Positions 29,231 through 30,972 of a stretch of DNA of 30,972 nucleotides are shown here, piece by piece. The stretch is from assembly GCA_947572545.1 (NCBI GenBank), contig CANPCK010000008.1:1-30972 (forward strand), read 5' to 3'. Made by a program: the position numbers and the translations under genes. The notes below the pieces were generated by a model. The model made no database searches and was not told the DNA's origin. It saw nothing but the letters and a program-made list of their open reading frames with translations. This stretch comes from an uncultured Clostridium sp. GTDB lineage: Bacteria > Bacillota > Clostridia > TANB77 > CAG-508. Numbering within the stretch: position 1 is the first letter of the stretch; each line of letters starts with the position of its first letter.

Positions 29231-30891
29231 TTTCTGTTTCTACATTCAACCTTTCAAAAAATACAAAGTGGTCATCTTTATATAATATTTTATAATTTTC
29301 AGTATCTTTTGCAAGTAACATCGTTAATTTAGAATTTTTATATGACATTACATGTGTTATTCCATATTTTTCAAAACCTTCTTCATAATACATTGCAATT
29401 CCTGAAATGCTTAAGTAATCACTAAAAATATTACAATCTTTATTAAATTCTGGAGAGTAAAGATCTGCACGTGAGTCAATAAATACTGGTATTTCTCTAA
29501 ATAACAAATAACTTCCATAGTTATAGTCATTAAACATTTTCATTTTATCCAAGTCTAAATTTCCTTTTTCTGCTTCTTCTAAAATGTAGTCAGCTGCTTC
29601 AACTGGATATGAGCTTTTGCTTATATATTCATTATCTATTTTTTTAGAATATATCGTATATGAGCATAATACAACAAGTAATATTGTAAGTATTTTTCCT
29701 TTCCATGTTAACATTAATTCTGTAAATTCTCTTACTCCATCTTTATCATATTTATCTACAAAGTTAGATACCAATGCTGTAAATGATATTCCGTCCTATT
29801 GTTATAAGCATTGAAAACTGTCTTTTCGATGTTAATGTCAATACTATTAATCCCCCTATCATAAATAGGTCTTTCAAAGATATTTTTGTATCTGTAAATA
29901 CTAATATTATAATAAGTAATACTGCTGTAATTAGTGCTCCTGTGTGATTTGCTAATACTAGCGGTTGATGTTCTGATATATTGTCTGTTGTAGTACCTAA
30001 CATTAGTTTTAATATATGTGTATATGGTTCATCTCCTAATGGTGTTAAAAGTCCCATTAGCAAGCATAATATGCAAACTAATATAAGCCATTTTGCAGCA
30101 TTTCTTTTTACTAGCTTTACTCTATATGGATTTTCTTCTCTAATTTTTAATGTTTCTTTAAATTTTATAGATTTCTTTTCTACTTCTACTAGTTTTTGCT
30201 GCAACTTTTCAATCTTTTCTTCTTTTCCTTCTTTTTTTGATAAACTTTCTATCTTACTTTTTAGTGAAAATATTCTATATCTATATACAAGATTTGAATT
30301 TCTTAAAACAATAATTAGGTATTCTGCTATATATGGCATAAGTAGTATAAAGAAGAAATAAAATACTGCTGCATGCATATTTGCAATTAATAATGCAATT
30401 ATCATTAATCCTAATACATACCTTTTCTTCTTTGTATCCAAAAAACATTCTACAAATAATATTTCTAGAATAAATAATACAAATGTTACAAGTTGTGCTC
30501 TTGCTGCTATAAAATCTCCCATTAGGAACATTACCCCTATTGTAAATACAAATGAAAATAATGGCTTTTTATTTACTTTTGTATTTGTTATATATAAGGC
30601 TACTCCCATAAGTGCACTTAAAATAACTGTTGATATATAAACTCCTGTCATCCCTCCTGCTGAATATATTAAGTATATACATACATCATATAACCAATGT
30701 GGATATGTATATTTTAAATCATGCCAAGAAAATGGATCTACTCTATCTATTCCATTCTCCATTATATGTTCTCCTATACTTATTGTATAATATGTATCAT
30801 TTTGCAATGTTTTTGGTGCCATTATTGCTGAAAATATTATTATACATATTATTGCAAGTACATGAAATTTTGCCATTGTTTTCTTGTTCAT
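29220..30891 (-). CDS. polytopic membrane protein, possibly glycosyltransferase-like or exported sugar-related; requires +1 shift at CGG (29793-29791)
   Basis: MNKKTMAKFHVLAIICIIIFSAIMAPKTLQNDTYYTISIGEHIMENGIDRVDPFSWHD...QFSMLITIG-[C]G-ISFTALVSNFVDKYDKDGVREFTELMLTWKGK...; frames join exactly after one skipped C. Confidence 0.75.
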
Positions 30892-30972
30892 TATTTGTCT
30901 CTTCCCTCTTTCGATAAATTGAATATCATTAACTACATGTATTATATATAACAAAAGAAAAAAGGACAAGCC

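Noticed and set aside
4668-29793. Random sequencing or indel errors as the cause of split ORFs
   Set aside because: All 28 interruptions are the same C in the same phase before a Gly codon; homopolymer or random indels would vary in sequence, direction (+1 and -1) and phase. Raw reads are not available, so this remains to be formally excluded.
4668-29793. Simple sense-codon reassignment of CGG (for example to Gln, Trp or Gly) without frameshift
   Set aside because: Reading CGG as any amino acid leaves the downstream frame broken, usually with a stop within a few codons (6 codons in tsaB, next codon at 19877). Only removing one nucleotide restores the proteins.
4668-29793. Mass pseudogenisation, as in a decaying symbiont
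   Set aside because: Homology-supported sequence continues intact on both sides of every site, all catalytic motifs are kept, and no other stops or indels are seen in these genes. The actual pseudogene (461-1490) shows a different lesion pattern.
1-30972. tRNA genes, including a candidate quadruplet tRNA-Gly or tRNA-Arg(CCG), in this window
   Set aside because: I did not see a convincing tRNA cloverleaf or rRNA by eye; the decoding tRNA must be sought elsewhere in the genome.

Overview
This is an AT-rich Firmicutes/Clostridia-like chromosomal window. It carries housekeeping and sporulation genes: tsaE, tsaB, rimI, a Lon-family protease, dxs, lexA, a MurJ/SpoVB-type flippase, a sortase, a HIT protein, alaS, dut, a gerA/gerB/gerC-type germinant receptor operon, a VirD4/TraG-like ATPase, rluB, rluD and others. 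The main observation is that 14 to 15 apparently functional genes are split in the ORF track by an identical lesion. Each has an in-frame CGG codon, and removing its C (reading the quadruplet CGGN as one Gly, GGN) restores the conserved protein. I located 28 such sites on both strands, and at all 28 the CGG is exactly in phase: CGGA 17, CGGU 10, CGGG 1, CGGC 0. CGG trinucleotides in the other two phases are read normally. Outside one GC-rich foreign-looking 74-aa ORF I found no in-frame CGG that behaves as an ordinary Arg codon. This looks like a pervasive +1 frameshift or four-base glycine codon (CGGN = Gly) replacing CGG = Arg, with up to 4 shifts per gene and two shifts only 10 nt apart in gerA. 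Secondary observations are a GC-rich island with a 20-bp perfect terminator hairpin and three ordinary-looking in-frame CGG-Arg codons, a structured repeat block with an inverted copy of its core 5.5 kb away, a decayed serine recombinase with non-CGG lesions (a useful control), and an AlaRS lacking its C-terminal region.
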